A stretch of 64,000 bases of DNA, from assembly GCA_050952625.1 (NCBI GenBank), contig JBMNLH010000003.1, positions 1-64,000 of the forward strand. The letters are read 5' to 3'. Position 1 is the stretch's first letter, and the number at the start of each line of letters is the position of its first letter. The position numbers and the translations under genes were made by a program. The DNA comes from Bacillota bacterium. Its GTDB lineage: Bacteria; Bacillota; Ch66; Ch109. Below, one piece after another: positions 51,383-61,358 of the stretch. The notes beneath the pieces were generated by a model, which searched no databases, was not told the origin of the DNA, and was given only the letters and a program-made list of their open reading frames with translations.

Positions 51383-51473
51383 TGTGTTAAATTTTAGTTA
51401 ACGAAATAGCCTAGCCTATTTCAATTTTTTGAATAGGTTAGCTATTAAAAAGTGATTTGGGAGGAGGTATAAG

Positions 51474-51917
51474 ATGCGAAAAGATCTGCGAAGTTTAATG
51501 CCCTTTCCCTTTGGGCGAAGAAGTCTGGCTGATTTCTTTGACGATTTTATGAGTGATGACTTTAGCAGCTTTTTCCCGGCGATGATGGGGCGAGAGATTC
51601 GAGTTGATATCCACGAAACAGACAATGAAATTGTCTTAGAAGCAGAACTGCCCGGATTTAATAAAGAAGATATCGAAATTACGCTGGATGATAACAGTCT
51701 CACCTTAAAAGCCAATCAAAAGATGGAAAGCGAAATTCGCCGAGATAACTATCTCCGTCGCGAACGCCACTCAGGATCCTTGGTTCGCAGTTTCTTACTC
51801 CCAACCGAAGTAGATGAAAACCAAGTGAAAACCAGTTTTAACAACGGGCTCCTGGAACTCCGTCTGCGTAAAAAGGAACCCACCAAAACAAGACGCCGCC
51901 GAATTAATATCGACTAA
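51474..51917 (+). CDS. Hsp20 small heat-shock protein
   Basis: VDIHET, AELPG, RRER.SG...RSF.LP, FNNGLLEL. Confidence 0.96.
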   Translation: MRKDLRSLMPFPFGRRSLADFFDDFMSDDFSSFFPAMMGREIRVDIHETDNEIVLEAELPGFNKEDIEITLDDNSLTLKANQKMESEIRRDNYLRRERHSGSLVRSFLLPTEVDENQVKTSFNNGLLELRLRKKEPTKTRRRRINID

Positions 51918-51948
51918 AAAATTCCCGCCCAATTGAGGCGGGAATTTT
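51918..51948. terminator. Bidirectional intrinsic terminator
   Basis: AAAATTCCCGCC-caattga-GGCGGGAATTTT. Confidence 0.8.
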
Positions 51949-52064
51949 ATCTGGTTCAAAAGACCCTTGCTTATCTAAGTGGAGATTTTACCTTGTTCAA
52001 GCTTCAGGGGGGAGTAGTGTCCCCCACCTGAAGCCTGACGCTCAGCGGAACTGGACGAGTTCAC
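51946..52064 (+). repeat. Family A miniature element
   Basis: TTTAT CTGGTTCAAAAGAC...CTTCAGG..CCTGAAG...GAGTTCAC. Confidence 0.85.
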
Positions 52065-52129
52065 CAGGCTTATTAACCACCCATGCTCCAAGGGCACAAC
52101 CACCAATGAAAATTGAAAACATTTACGGA

Positions 52130-52387
52130 TTAATCCCGACAACCGACTACTCCAATAATCCAGCCGGTCGCGGAAAACATTAAGAGAAGCCGCAGTTGTT
52201 CTCGGGGCAAGAAGGATAATGAATTATTAGCCACCACCAAACCGATGACTAAGATTAAGGCAGTCATTACTCCCCAAGGCCGCCGGCGCCAGGGAGGAAT
52301 CCGTCGCGCCAAAAACCGGCCAAGAGCAAAGACCGCCCCGGCTATCCCCAGGGTGAGGAGAATATAAACTGCTGGATCGAGCGGCAT
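52130..52387 (-). CDS. Small hypothetical membrane protein
   Basis: SD AGAGGTGG; three hydrophobic segments. Confidence 0.6.
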   Translation of the reverse strand: MPLDPAVYILLTLGIAGAVFALGRFLARRIPPWRRRPWGVMTALILVIGLVVANNSLSFLPREQLRLLLMFSATGWIIGVVGCRD

Positions 52388-52492
52388 TGACTAATCCACC
52401 TCTTTATCTGGTCTGAACAATACTTCTAAAAACCAACCCTATCTGACCTTAATATCTTACTTCTACTTACCGGCGGATTTCTCCTTTTTGCT

Positions 52493-53791
52493 TTATAATT
52501 TTCTTCGATCAATGACCCGCTTCGCTTTCCCTTCGGTTCGCTCCAAGGTTCTAGGTTCCACCAACCGCACCTCAACCGAAATCCCCAGACCACTATTCAG
52601 ATCATGTTTCAGCCGACGCCGGATCATTTCTAATTCCTTGATTTCGGCTGACCGGATAGTCTCTTCGGTTACTTCCACCCGAACCTCCAAGGTATCCAGG
52701 CTTCCCTGGCGTTCAACGACCAACTCATAAAACGGAGCGACTTCGGGAGACTTGAGCAAAATGCTTTCGACCATGGAGGGGAAGACATTTACGCCCCGAA
52801 TAATGATCATATCATCGGTTCGGCCGAGGATTTTTTCAAGCCGGACCAGGGTTCGCCCGCAAGGACAGGGTTCCCGATGCAACACGGCAACATCCCTGGT
52901 TCGGTAACGGATCATGGGAAGGGCTTCCTTGGTCAGGGTAGTAATCACCAATTCCCCTTTTTCGCCATCCGGCAGGGTTTCGCCAGTGTCCGGATCGATT
53001 ATCTCCGGCAGGAAATGGTCTTCAAAGAAGTGCAGCCCGGTTTGATACGAACACTCCATTGCTACCCCTGGTCCCATAATCTCACTTAAACCGTAGATGT
53101 CATAGGCTTTAATCCCTAATTTCTTTTCTATTGACTGGCGCATCTGATTAGACCAAGGTTCGGCTCCAAAAACGCCGGCTTTCAGGGCTAAACGGCTGCG
53201 GTCAATCTTTAACTGTTCAATTGTTTCGCCCAAGAAAAGGGCATAGGATGGAGTACAGGCCAGGATTTCAGTGCCAAAGTCCTCCATGAGCATTATCTGC
53301 CGGGGCGTATTTCCTCCAGAACTAGGGACTACCGCTGCTCCTAACCGTTCAACCCCATAGTGAACCCCCAAACCACCGGTGAACAGTCCATAACCATAAG
53401 CTACCTGAACCACTGAGTCCGGCGTGGCCCCCGCCATCGTTAAAGACCGAGCGGCCAGATTAGCCCACATATCCAAATCCCCCTGGGTATAGCCAACCAC
53501 AGTCGGTTTACCGGTTGTGCCCGAAGAAGCATGAAGCCGCACGACCTGGTTCATGGGGACCGCAAACATCCCGAACGGATAATTATCCCGCAGAGCACTT
53601 TTCAGGGTGAAAGGGAGCCGCGGCAGATCCTCCAGTCCCCGAATATCCTCTGGCCTTACCTTGGCCTCCTCCCATTGCTGCCGATAATAAGGCACCTGAT
53701 AGGCTCGGTTCAGGGTTACTTGCAGTCTTTCCCACTGTAATTTTTTTAATTCCTCACGACCAATACACTCCAGTTCTTTTTCCCAGTACAT
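52493..53791 (-). CDS. paaK: Phenylacetate-CoA ligase family
   Basis: [52 protein letters not shown]. Confidence 0.93.
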   Translation of the reverse strand: MYWEKELECIGREELKKLQWERLQVTLNRAYQVPYYRQQWEEAKVRPEDIRGLEDLPRLPFTLKSALRDNYPFGMFAVPMNQVVRLHASSGTTGKPTVVGYTQGDLDMWANLAARSLTMAGATPDSVVQVAYGYGLFTGGLGVHYGVERLGAAVVPSSGGNTPRQIMLMEDFGTEILACTPSYALFLGETIEQLKIDRSRLALKAGVFGAEPWSNQMRQSIEKKLGIKAYDIYGLSEIMGPGVAMECSYQTGLHFFEDHFLPEIIDPDTGETLPDGEKGELVITTLTKEALPMIRYRTRDVAVLHREPCPCGRTLVRLEKILGRTDDMIIIRGVNVFPSMVESILLKSPEVAPFYELVVERQGSLDTLEVRVEVTEETIRSAEIKELEMIRRRLKHDLNSGLGISVEVRLVEPRTLERTEGKAKRVIDRRKL

Positions 53792-54035
53792 ATAAATTAC
53801 CTCCTTGTATTAATAACCAATTTTGGGATATGGGGACAGGTTAACTGTCCCGGCTCTTTTTTCGGTCCCGGTCCTTTATTAACAATATGTCCCGCAAAAC
53901 TAATGATGTTGCTATTTGCTCTCAGAATCCAACCGTTATTCTGACCAGAGCGAAGAATCTAAACTATGGGTGGTCTTAAGAAATAAACCCCATTGTAAAA
54001 TCAGTCGGTAGTGATGCTAATCATAAAGGTTAACA

Positions 54036-54135
54036 AACAAAAAACCGCCCCTTTAAGGGACGGAGTTTTTCCGCGGTACCACCCTGATTGACCAAAACTG
54101 GTCCGGCTCACTTCAAGTACGGGACACGTTAGGAC
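54036..54135 (-). ncRNA. Second, partial T-box (antiterminator + terminator)
   Basis: AATCAGGGTGGTACCGCGG...CCGTCCCT..AGGGGCGG-T tract; no recognisable stem I. Confidence 0.8.
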
Positions 54136-54233
54136 CCAGCACCTCAGATATCCAGGGGGATACAAGAAGCCATTCCCTAGAAACTTACTCCAGTATTAGG
54201 CTGCCAAGCCACCACAACCCACAGTAAGTACTA

Positions 54234-54552
54234 AATAAAAAAGCCGCTCATCCGTTAGGGACGAGAGGCTCTGCTTCCGTGTTACCACCCTAGTTGCCGC
54301 CTTGGTTAAAGGGATTTATTGCCTGTTTCCCAAAGACGACCACTTTATCTGAGTACAGGACAGTGTCCGATACCCGCTTCCGGTTAACGGCGGAAGATTC
54401 CGACCCAACCTACTTGCTCCATATACAATAGGAGTTTCAGCCGGCTGTTTGGGAGCGAACTTCAACCAATTCCCCCATAAGGACGCTTTCAGTCTCTGAC
54501 GTCCTCTCCCTGAATGGGTTAACCTGGCCTACTTTTCTCCCGCATCACATTT
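54234..54552 (-). ncRNA. Full T-box riboswitch, Phe (UUC) specifier
   Basis: Stem I with AGTA/GAA S-turn, AGGGAGA box, ACTGAAA loop, GAAG-TTC-G specifier; stem II; CCGTTA; AACTAGGGTGGTAACACGG; terminator; promoter TTGACT-N18-TATACT at 54574-54603. Confidence 0.9.
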
Positions 54553-54632
54553 CCCATATCCTTAAGTAAATTCAGTATAGCTGATGGTCCTGGAAAAAGT
54601 CAATAGTCTGCCGATCAATAATCAGATTAATT

Positions 54633-55493
54633 TCAGAATTCAGGGGCTTTCGGCCCATAAACCAAACCGACTGATTCCGGACCAACATGTGACCCAATCA
54701 CCGGTCCCACCTCATAGACAGGCACCGTCAACCCCGGGTACTCCTGTTGAAGCGCATCGACCAGCCGGGCCCCTTCACCAGGGGCATCAACATGAATAAC
54801 CGCAATCTGGCCGAAGTCTCTGCCCGCCAGATCCTGCCTCAATACTTCCAGCATCCTTTTAATCGCTCGGGGCCGAGTGCGCACCCGCTCCAACACATCA
54901 ATTCGGCCTTCTGGCATGTGCAAGATCGGCTTAATCTCCAGAAAACTGCCCAATAAAGCCTGAGCACCGCCAATCCGACCTCCCCGATGCAGGTACTCCA
55001 GGGTACCGACCATAAAAAGCAGACGCAGATTACTCCGCAGCCAATTCAGCCGCTGCAGTATTTCTGCCTTACTTCGCCCCGCCTGGGCTGCCTGAGCTGC
55101 AGCCAACACCTGAAACCCCAGACTCGAACAAGTGGTCAGCGAATCAAATACCTCAATTTTCAGATGCGGCAGCATCCCCTTGGCTGTTTCCGCTGCCGTT
55201 ACCGTTCCACTGAGTTTCCCGGAAATGTGGATGCTGATGATCGATTCATAAATTGCTCCCAGTTCCTCGTAAGTCCGCACAAATTCTCCCAAGGAAGGCT
55301 GCGAGGTCGTCGGCAGCACCTTGCTTTGACGCAGGCGGCGATAAAACTCAGAGTTGCTCATTTCACCTTCCCGAAAACACTGGTCCTCCAGGTTAACTGC
55401 TAAAGGAATGACCGAAACCGAGTGCTTCCTTAACAGGTCTTCAGGTAAATAAGCTGTACTGTCAGTAACAATCCCCACCCCGGACTGTCCCAT
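54633..55493 (-). CDS. DegV-family protein
   Basis: VTDSTAYL, PTTSQPS, ISGKLSGT, LHRGGRIG, HVGP. Confidence 0.95.
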   Translation of the reverse strand: MGQSGVGIVTDSTAYLPEDLLRKHSVSVIPLAVNLEDQCFREGEMSNSEFYRRLRQSKVLPTTSQPSLGEFVRTYEELGAIYESIISIHISGKLSGTVTAAETAKGMLPHLKIEVFDSLTTCSSLGFQVLAAAQAAQAGRSKAEILQRLNWLRSNLRLLFMVGTLEYLHRGGRIGGAQALLGSFLEIKPILHMPEGRIDVLERVRTRPRAIKRMLEVLRQDLAGRDFGQIAVIHVDAPGEGARLVDALQQEYPGLTVPVYEVGPVIGSHVGPESVGLVYGPKAPEF

Positions 55494-55572
55494 ATAACTG
55501 GTCTCCTTTCTGCCAAAAAACCCAGCAAAAAGCGCATCCCCACCATCTGGGATGCGCCAAGGCAGCTAATTA

Positions 55573-56253
55573 TTACTGCCCGGTCACGATGGTTGAAAGG
55601 TCTAAGGGCAAAAGCTGTTGGCCGTTCCGGAAAACACGCATGTTATCACCAGAGATGTCATCAATCACTACAATCTCCCCGTTTACCCGGCCGAACTCAA
55701 ACTTAATATCAACTAGATCCAGACCCCGAGACCCTAAATCCTCCCGCACAATCTGAGCAACCTGACGGGCAAGATCTTTAACGCGCGTCACCTCTTCGGG
55801 CTTCATTAGGCGCAGTTGGACCAGTGTCTCATCGTTTAACGGCGGGTCACTTCTTTCATCATCCTTCAGGGTGATTTCAACCAGGGAGTCGAGCGGTTCA
55901 AATTCTTGAATATAACGGCCGTACCGGCGTAAAAAGCTGCCATAAGCCTTAAAACGAATAACAATCTCTAAACCAGCCCCAAAGGTTTCGGCCGGGCGGA
56001 CCTCCATGGTTCGCTCGTCTAAATTAGCCGTCACAAAATGCGTCGCGATGCCTTTCTCCCTGAGTAGTTCAAAAAAGTACTTAGACATGCGCAGAGAAGC
56101 CCGACCTTTGCCAGCTAATTCACCGAGCACAAAATTCGAACCGGGATCAATTCGACCGTCTTCGCCGGTCACATCATCTTTAAATTGCAAAAGATAATTT
56201 CCGTTTTCTAGCTGGTATACATCCTTGGTTTTACCGGCATACACCTGTTTCAT
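55573..56253 (-). CDS. purC: SAICAR synthetase
   Basis: GKTKDVY, FKDDVT, TLKDDERSDP, DIKFEFG, DDISGDNMR. Confidence 0.92.
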   Translation of the reverse strand: MKQVYAGKTKDVYQLENGNYLLQFKDDVTGEDGRIDPGSNFVLGELAGKGRASLRMSKYFFELLREKGIATHFVTANLDERTMEVRPAETFGAGLEIVIRFKAYGSFLRRYGRYIQEFEPLDSLVEITLKDDERSDPPLNDETLVQLRLMKPEEVTRVKDLARQVAQIVREDLGSRGLDLVDIKFEFGRVNGEIVVIDDISGDNMRVFRNGQQLLPLDLSTIVTGQ

Positions 56254-56490
56254 TCAACAAGTAACCCAGTTTCTGAAATCCAGGAAACTAGGCTCGCACC
56301 ACCTTTCTTTATAATCATTGACATCACGCCTTACTTACTATCATATCTGAACATATGTTCGATGTCAATGGATTTTGTTCACTGTCCTTCGTTCCAACAC
56401 TGCACGGCAATTTTCATACCCTGATAGTGCCACGAAACAACCACGAAACAACATGGGGGGACTCTGAATATCGTCTAATACAATTCGCTA

Positions 56491-58284
56491 TTAAATTTCC
56501 TGCTCAACTAGACCCAACATTCTGTTAATCATTACGGCCCCTTCAGCCCGGGTAATATTCCCCTTTGGCTTAAATAACCGATCCTTACCTTGGCCATAAC
56601 CAGAGATAATTCCCGCAGCGGTCGCGTTCTGAACCTCATTAATCGCCCAACGCGCTATTTCATCAGCATCAGCAAAAACCAGCACCCGATTACCGGACAC
56701 CGGAACTCCCTGGTAGTGTAAAGCCCGCATTACTAGGACGGCTGCCTCTTCTCGCGTTATCCGATCATATGGACAAAACTGGTTAGGCGTCTTACCAGAA
56801 ACTAAACCCGCGCTCGCCGCACGACTCACACTCTGATAGAACCAATCGCCTTGTTGGACATCTTTAAATTTAATCGATTGAGCTGGCTCCTTTAAACCCA
56901 AGGCCAAAGAGATAATGGTCGCAAATTCAGCCCGCGTCATTTGTCCCTCTGGGTTAAAGAACCGGGCCGACACCCCATGCACAATCCCTCGGGACACCAG
57001 GTATTCTACCTCAGATCGGGACCAATGATTCCGCAGATCGTAGAAGCCGGTTGATGAGGCACAGAAAGTAATTAGCGCGTCCCAGGCCTCCTGGTTGCCC
57101 AGACCTAACCGCCAAACGGAAATCCCCTTCAATTGCTGGGAGCGGGCTAAGTCTACCTTTTCCGCCAGGCTGCGGGCTGTCTCATAGTATATTTCGCTTT
57201 CGATTAGTTTTCCATCCTGCCAGCGCTTAATTTTAGTATAACCAGTGCGATAATCGTAGGTTTGGCCACCCCACTCGTAGGTGGAGAGATAGCGATGCTC
57301 ATTGGGCGTACATTCAACTACTGGTCCGTTTATCCCGGCCAGGGTCGCCTCTATTCGACTGAGCGTTGGCAAGGCTACTTCCAGGTTCCCACCTGCCTTT
57401 GGAATCCACTGGATCCCATTTAAGGCAATCGCCAAAAGTAGTTTCTCCCGCGGCACCCCGGCGTTAATCATTTTTTTCACCGCATCCTCAACCTGGTAGT
57501 AAGGAGCAGTCGCTGCTATATCCGGGCGAGGATTGCCAGGAGTGGCGTGGTAATAATCGTGAGCCATCAGAATGACCGTATCCGCAACTTGGCCGATATG
57601 GACATAATCATAGCCATCACAATAATTATAAACATTATTAGGAGTCAGGCAAACCAGTAATTCCCGTTCCCCTAGTCGTTGCTTTAATAAATCTAGAAAC
57701 CGATTGAAGCGGTTTTTGGTAGCCCAGCTGCCAGGAGTCTCTTCCCGCAAACCCTCAAAGTCAATCACTACTCCCTGAAAGTTTATCCCGGCCGGGTTTT
57801 TCGTTAAAAAACTAACCAGAGGATTTATTACCTGCTCCTGCAGCTGCTGATCACTTAAGCTGAGCAATTCCAAAGGAACACTGAGCTCATCTTTTGGGTT
57901 GGCGTCAGCACAAAAAACCGACAGGTATTTACGGGCGGAGCTTTGTTTTAATTTCCTGGCCTCCTCCCCCACCGTGGCCGGGATACCATACTCAGGGTAC
58001 TCATCAGCTGGGCCTAATTTTTGCCCTTCAGTGGCAAACCGAATCTTACCCTGAGCATCCTTGGCCACCCGGGCCCAACCAACGGAAACGCTGCTTAAAT
58101 TATCGACCACATCGCTTTCCGACCGGCTGTTAATGGCGTAAAAGCCATTTAAAAACAAACTATCACTCGCCCCATGCACTGGTGCGTTAAGTTGTGCTGG
58201 AACGCCAGACAAAAACAAGGCTGCCATAACCAAAACGCCAATTATTTGCTTGAATCTGAAATTCATTCCCCCTATAACCCCCAC
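56491..58284 (-). CDS. GH18-family glycosyl hydrolase with C-terminal SLH domains
   Basis: GVVIDFE, ILMAHDY, GISVWRLG; three TRAE-type SLH repeats. Confidence 0.9.
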   Translation of the reverse strand: MGVIGGMNFRFKQIIGVLVMAALFLSGVPAQLNAPVHGASDSLFLNGFYAINSRSESDVVDNLSSVSVGWARVAKDAQGKIRFATEGQKLGPADEYPEYGIPATVGEEARKLKQSSARKYLSVFCADANPKDELSVPLELLSLSDQQLQEQVINPLVSFLTKNPAGINFQGVVIDFEGLREETPGSWATKNRFNRFLDLLKQRLGERELLVCLTPNNVYNYCDGYDYVHIGQVADTVILMAHDYYHATPGNPRPDIAATAPYYQVEDAVKKMINAGVPREKLLLAIALNGIQWIPKAGGNLEVALPTLSRIEATLAGINGPVVECTPNEHRYLSTYEWGGQTYDYRTGYTKIKRWQDGKLIESEIYYETARSLAEKVDLARSQQLKGISVWRLGLGNQEAWDALITFCASSTGFYDLRNHWSRSEVEYLVSRGIVHGVSARFFNPEGQMTRAEFATIISLALGLKEPAQSIKFKDVQQGDWFYQSVSRAASAGLVSGKTPNQFCPYDRITREEAAVLVMRALHYQGVPVSGNRVLVFADADEIARWAINEVQNATAAGIISGYGQGKDRLFKPKGNITRAEGAVMINRMLGLVEQEI

Positions 58285-58396
58285 TAAATCTTACTTGGAA
58301 ATGATTCTTAAAAAAATCCAGACCTTTCCTGTTTATACGATCAATTTCGACGAATTAGCCTAAAATCCTGCCGGTAAGTATCGGTAAATAAAGGAA

Positions 58397-58511
58397 GTGA
58401 ACCGTTCGCTTCCCTGATTATTAAACCTTCAGACGGAAACTCTACTTGACCCGAAGTTTAACCACGATAATTTCCATATTATAGAAATGAGAGTTTTTTG
58501 ATTCAGATAAA
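58397..58511 (-). repeat. Family A miniature element (degenerate)
   Basis: GTGAACCGTTC...GATTCAGATAAA. Confidence 0.75.
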
Positions 58512-58597
58512 TTCAGAAAAAAGCAGGCTCCCGGGAAGGGCAGTCTGCTTATTTGCACATGATTGACGCTTTGCACGATCCTGATTTTTCATTTGAC

Positions 58598-59089
58598 CTA
58601 GTTACTGCTTTTTTCTTCCGGTTTAACATCCTGCATTAACAAGATTAATTCGTCAACTTTTTCGGCTAGAGTGCGGGCAACCGGCGTATGATCCTGCTCC
58701 GGGGCTACCTGGTCTGATAAGTAATGACTCAGATCGTCGATTTCATTCAGTTTTTGATTAACCCCGCGATTAGCTAATGGCCAAAAAACATCAAACTTGC
58801 TCTTAATCGTGCCGATAATCGCTGGACCGGTAAAACCAACAATAAAGCCGACACCCGACCAGGTCGTTTCCGGCATTACCGGAAAATCGAGACCAAAATC
58901 GAATTTAGCAAAAAAGACTAGTATCCCCAGGGCCGCTCCGATTCCCAGTAAAATCTCATACAAGAATCCTAGATTCCAAACCCCGGTTACTATCCTACTG
59001 GGGCAAACCAGCATTCCTTTTTGATTGTATAAATGACCAACCAAACCGCCGATCAAGGTCCCTAGCCCATATAATAATTCTACTGGCAT
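58598..59089 (-). CDS. Hypothetical membrane protein (DUF4257-like)
   Basis: GGLVGHL...G.L..P....LGFL.EILLG; 3 TM. Confidence 0.6.
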   Translation of the reverse strand: MPVELLYGLGTLIGGLVGHLYNQKGMLVCPSRIVTGVWNLGFLYEILLGIGAALGILVFFAKFDFGLDFPVMPETTWSGVGFIVGFTGPAIIGTIKSKFDVFWPLANRGVNQKLNEIDDLSHYLSDQVAPEQDHTPVARTLAEKVDELILLMQDVKPEEKSSN

Positions 59090-59177
59090 TTGACTTACCC
59101 CTTCCGCCTAAACAGCCACAATCTTGACTACTCCAGTCTATGATTTAGCCCGGCTGAAGGATACAATTGCCAGAAGA

Positions 59178-61358
59178 TTAATCATAACGAATGGACAGCC
59201 GCTTAGACAAGTGAGGAGCCTTTTCCAACATTCTATGAAACATCTGTTTTTGCAATGAGATAAATAACGTGGGGGTCAGGGTTCGGATTGTCGCCGTACG
59301 AGGGATATCTTTAAGCAAGGCGATCTCACCAAAAAAGTCACCGTCCTGAAGGATGGCCAACTGCTTCTCTTGACCCTCGGCCAATCGTTTCGAAACCTCG
59401 ACCTTACCCCGAACCAAGATATAAAACTTGTCCCCCGGATCGCCTTCTTCAATGACTAAACGGTTTGCCGGGTAGTATTCGGAAACAAACATTGGAACCA
59501 GGCTTTCCAGGAAATCGTCGTTCATTTCCTGGAATATAGGAATATTCTTTAAGCGATTAACAGTAATTTCTGCATTCATTCCATCTTCGCTGAGGATAAA
59601 ACCGGTCTGATTCTGCCACAGATCCCGATATCGGCTGCCCTCTTGATTGAGTAACTCTTTATGAGTACCCTGCTCAATTATCCGCCCCTTATCCAGGACA
59701 AAAATCCTATCAGCTTCTTGAACTGAAGATAACCGATGGGTGACTGAGATCACGGTCCGGGTTCGGGCAATATTTCTAATTGTTTGGTTAATTGCCGTTT
59801 CATTAGCCGGATCCAGAGCGGACGTAGCTTCATCAAGAAGTAAAATACTGGGGTTGCGCAACAAGGCTCGGGCGATTGCCAGCCGCTGCCGTTGTCCACC
59901 AGATAAAAAGCCTCCTCCCTCGCCCACCAAGGTGGCATAGCCTTGGGGCAGGTTCAAAATAGCATCATGGATGCCCGCAGCCTTGGCGGCCTGTTCAATT
60001 GCCGCATCAGTTGCCTCAAGCTTCCCCAGCCGAATGTTTTCTCTAACCGATAGATTAAAAAGCATATTCTCTTGAAAAACAATCCCCATCTGCGCGCGGA
60101 GCGACTGCTGGGTGACTGAGCGGATATTCTTTCCATCAATCGTAATGGCCCCGGTTCCAGGATCATAAAACCGCATAATTAACTTAATTATCGTGCTTTT
60201 CCCGGAACCGCTGGCCCCGACAAAAGCAACATAACTGCCAAACGGGATCCTAAGGTTAATATTGGTTAAATTGGTTTCCGTTTCGTTATAGCCAAAAGTA
60301 ACATCTTGAAAAGCAATTTCCTGTGAAATCAAGGCAAGCTCTTGCGGCGGGACCTGGTCAGTAATGGTGGGCTCAACTTGTAAAAGCTCATCAATTCTTT
60401 TCATACTGGCGGTTGCCTTGGTCACTAACGGCATCATCCAGGTTAGTTCTAAAATCATACTGTTCATCCCAGAAAGCATCGTCATAAAGGCCATTAACGA
60501 ACCGATGGTAAGCGAACCCCTGAAGGCCAGCAGCGAGCCAACCGATAGAACTACGATACTTAGTATAATTGTCCCAAAATTAGCGGTAATCAGCACCGAA
60601 AAATTTAAAAAATTTGCCCGGCGGGCTACTTTATAGTAATAATCCAACTGGGCACTAAAACGTTGGATTTCATAGGGTTGCAAGTTAAAGGCTTTAACAA
60701 GCACTTGCGCGTGAATATTCTCCTGCATAACTGATGTCATCCCGGCTAGATTTGTTTTCAAATCGTAACTGGCTGTTTCAGCACGAGTGCTCAAGATGTT
60801 GGGCAGCCATAGCGCAAGGGGCAACCCGACAGTTGTAATTAAAGCTAGCTGCCAGTTTAGGTAATATAGCAAAGCCGCATTCAACAATACACCCAGAAAA
60901 AACATGATCCCAATGGGCAATTGCACTAACAGCGTATCAATCAGATTAACATCTGTATTAAAACGGGTTAAAATGTCACCCGCGCTAGTTCGGGTGAAGA
61001 AACTAACAGATAGCTCTTGTAAACGCGAAAATATTTTCTTGTATAAATCGCTAATTATCCTTGTATGTACCCGGGCATATAGAACTACTAACACCGAACA
61101 GGCCAAAAATGCGATTAAGGCAGACAAGATAATTAATAATAAGATGCGCCAAAGATAATCTTGATCATTAAGGGCAATGGCATTATCAATAATAAATTTA
61201 ATACTAAGGGGAAACAGTATTCGAAAAGCTAAATAGAGCGAGATAGAAATTGCTATCAATAAACTTTGTCTTTTGTATATGCTAAACTCTTTTAGCATTC
61301 GCCCCAGAAACGGGAGCAAGGGAACAACCGCCTTTCGAGACAAGCCTGATCGAACCAT
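59178..61358 (-). CDS. ABC exporter (TMD-NBD) with C-terminal cyclic-nucleotide-binding domain
   Basis: GASGSGKS, LSGGQRQR, LLDEATSALD; EGDPGDKFY...GDFFGEIALL...RTAT. Confidence 0.93.
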   Translation of the reverse strand: MVRSGLSRKAVVPLLPFLGRMLKEFSIYKRQSLLIAISISLYLAFRILFPLSIKFIIDNAIALNDQDYLWRILLLIILSALIAFLACSVLVVLYARVHTRIISDLYKKIFSRLQELSVSFFTRTSAGDILTRFNTDVNLIDTLLVQLPIGIMFFLGVLLNAALLYYLNWQLALITTVGLPLALWLPNILSTRAETASYDLKTNLAGMTSVMQENIHAQVLVKAFNLQPYEIQRFSAQLDYYYKVARRANFLNFSVLITANFGTIILSIVVLSVGSLLAFRGSLTIGSLMAFMTMLSGMNSMILELTWMMPLVTKATASMKRIDELLQVEPTITDQVPPQELALISQEIAFQDVTFGYNETETNLTNINLRIPFGSYVAFVGASGSGKSTIIKLIMRFYDPGTGAITIDGKNIRSVTQQSLRAQMGIVFQENMLFNLSVRENIRLGKLEATDAAIEQAAKAAGIHDAILNLPQGYATLVGEGGGFLSGGQRQRLAIARALLRNPSILLLDEATSALDPANETAINQTIRNIARTRTVISVTHRLSSVQEADRIFVLDKGRIIEQGTHKELLNQEGSRYRDLWQNQTGFILSEDGMNAEITVNRLKNIPIFQEMNDDFLESLVPMFVSEYYPANRLVIEEGDPGDKFYILVRGKVEVSKRLAEGQEKQLAILQDGDFFGEIALLKDIPRTATIRTLTPTLFISLQKQMFHRMLEKAPHLSKRLSIRYD

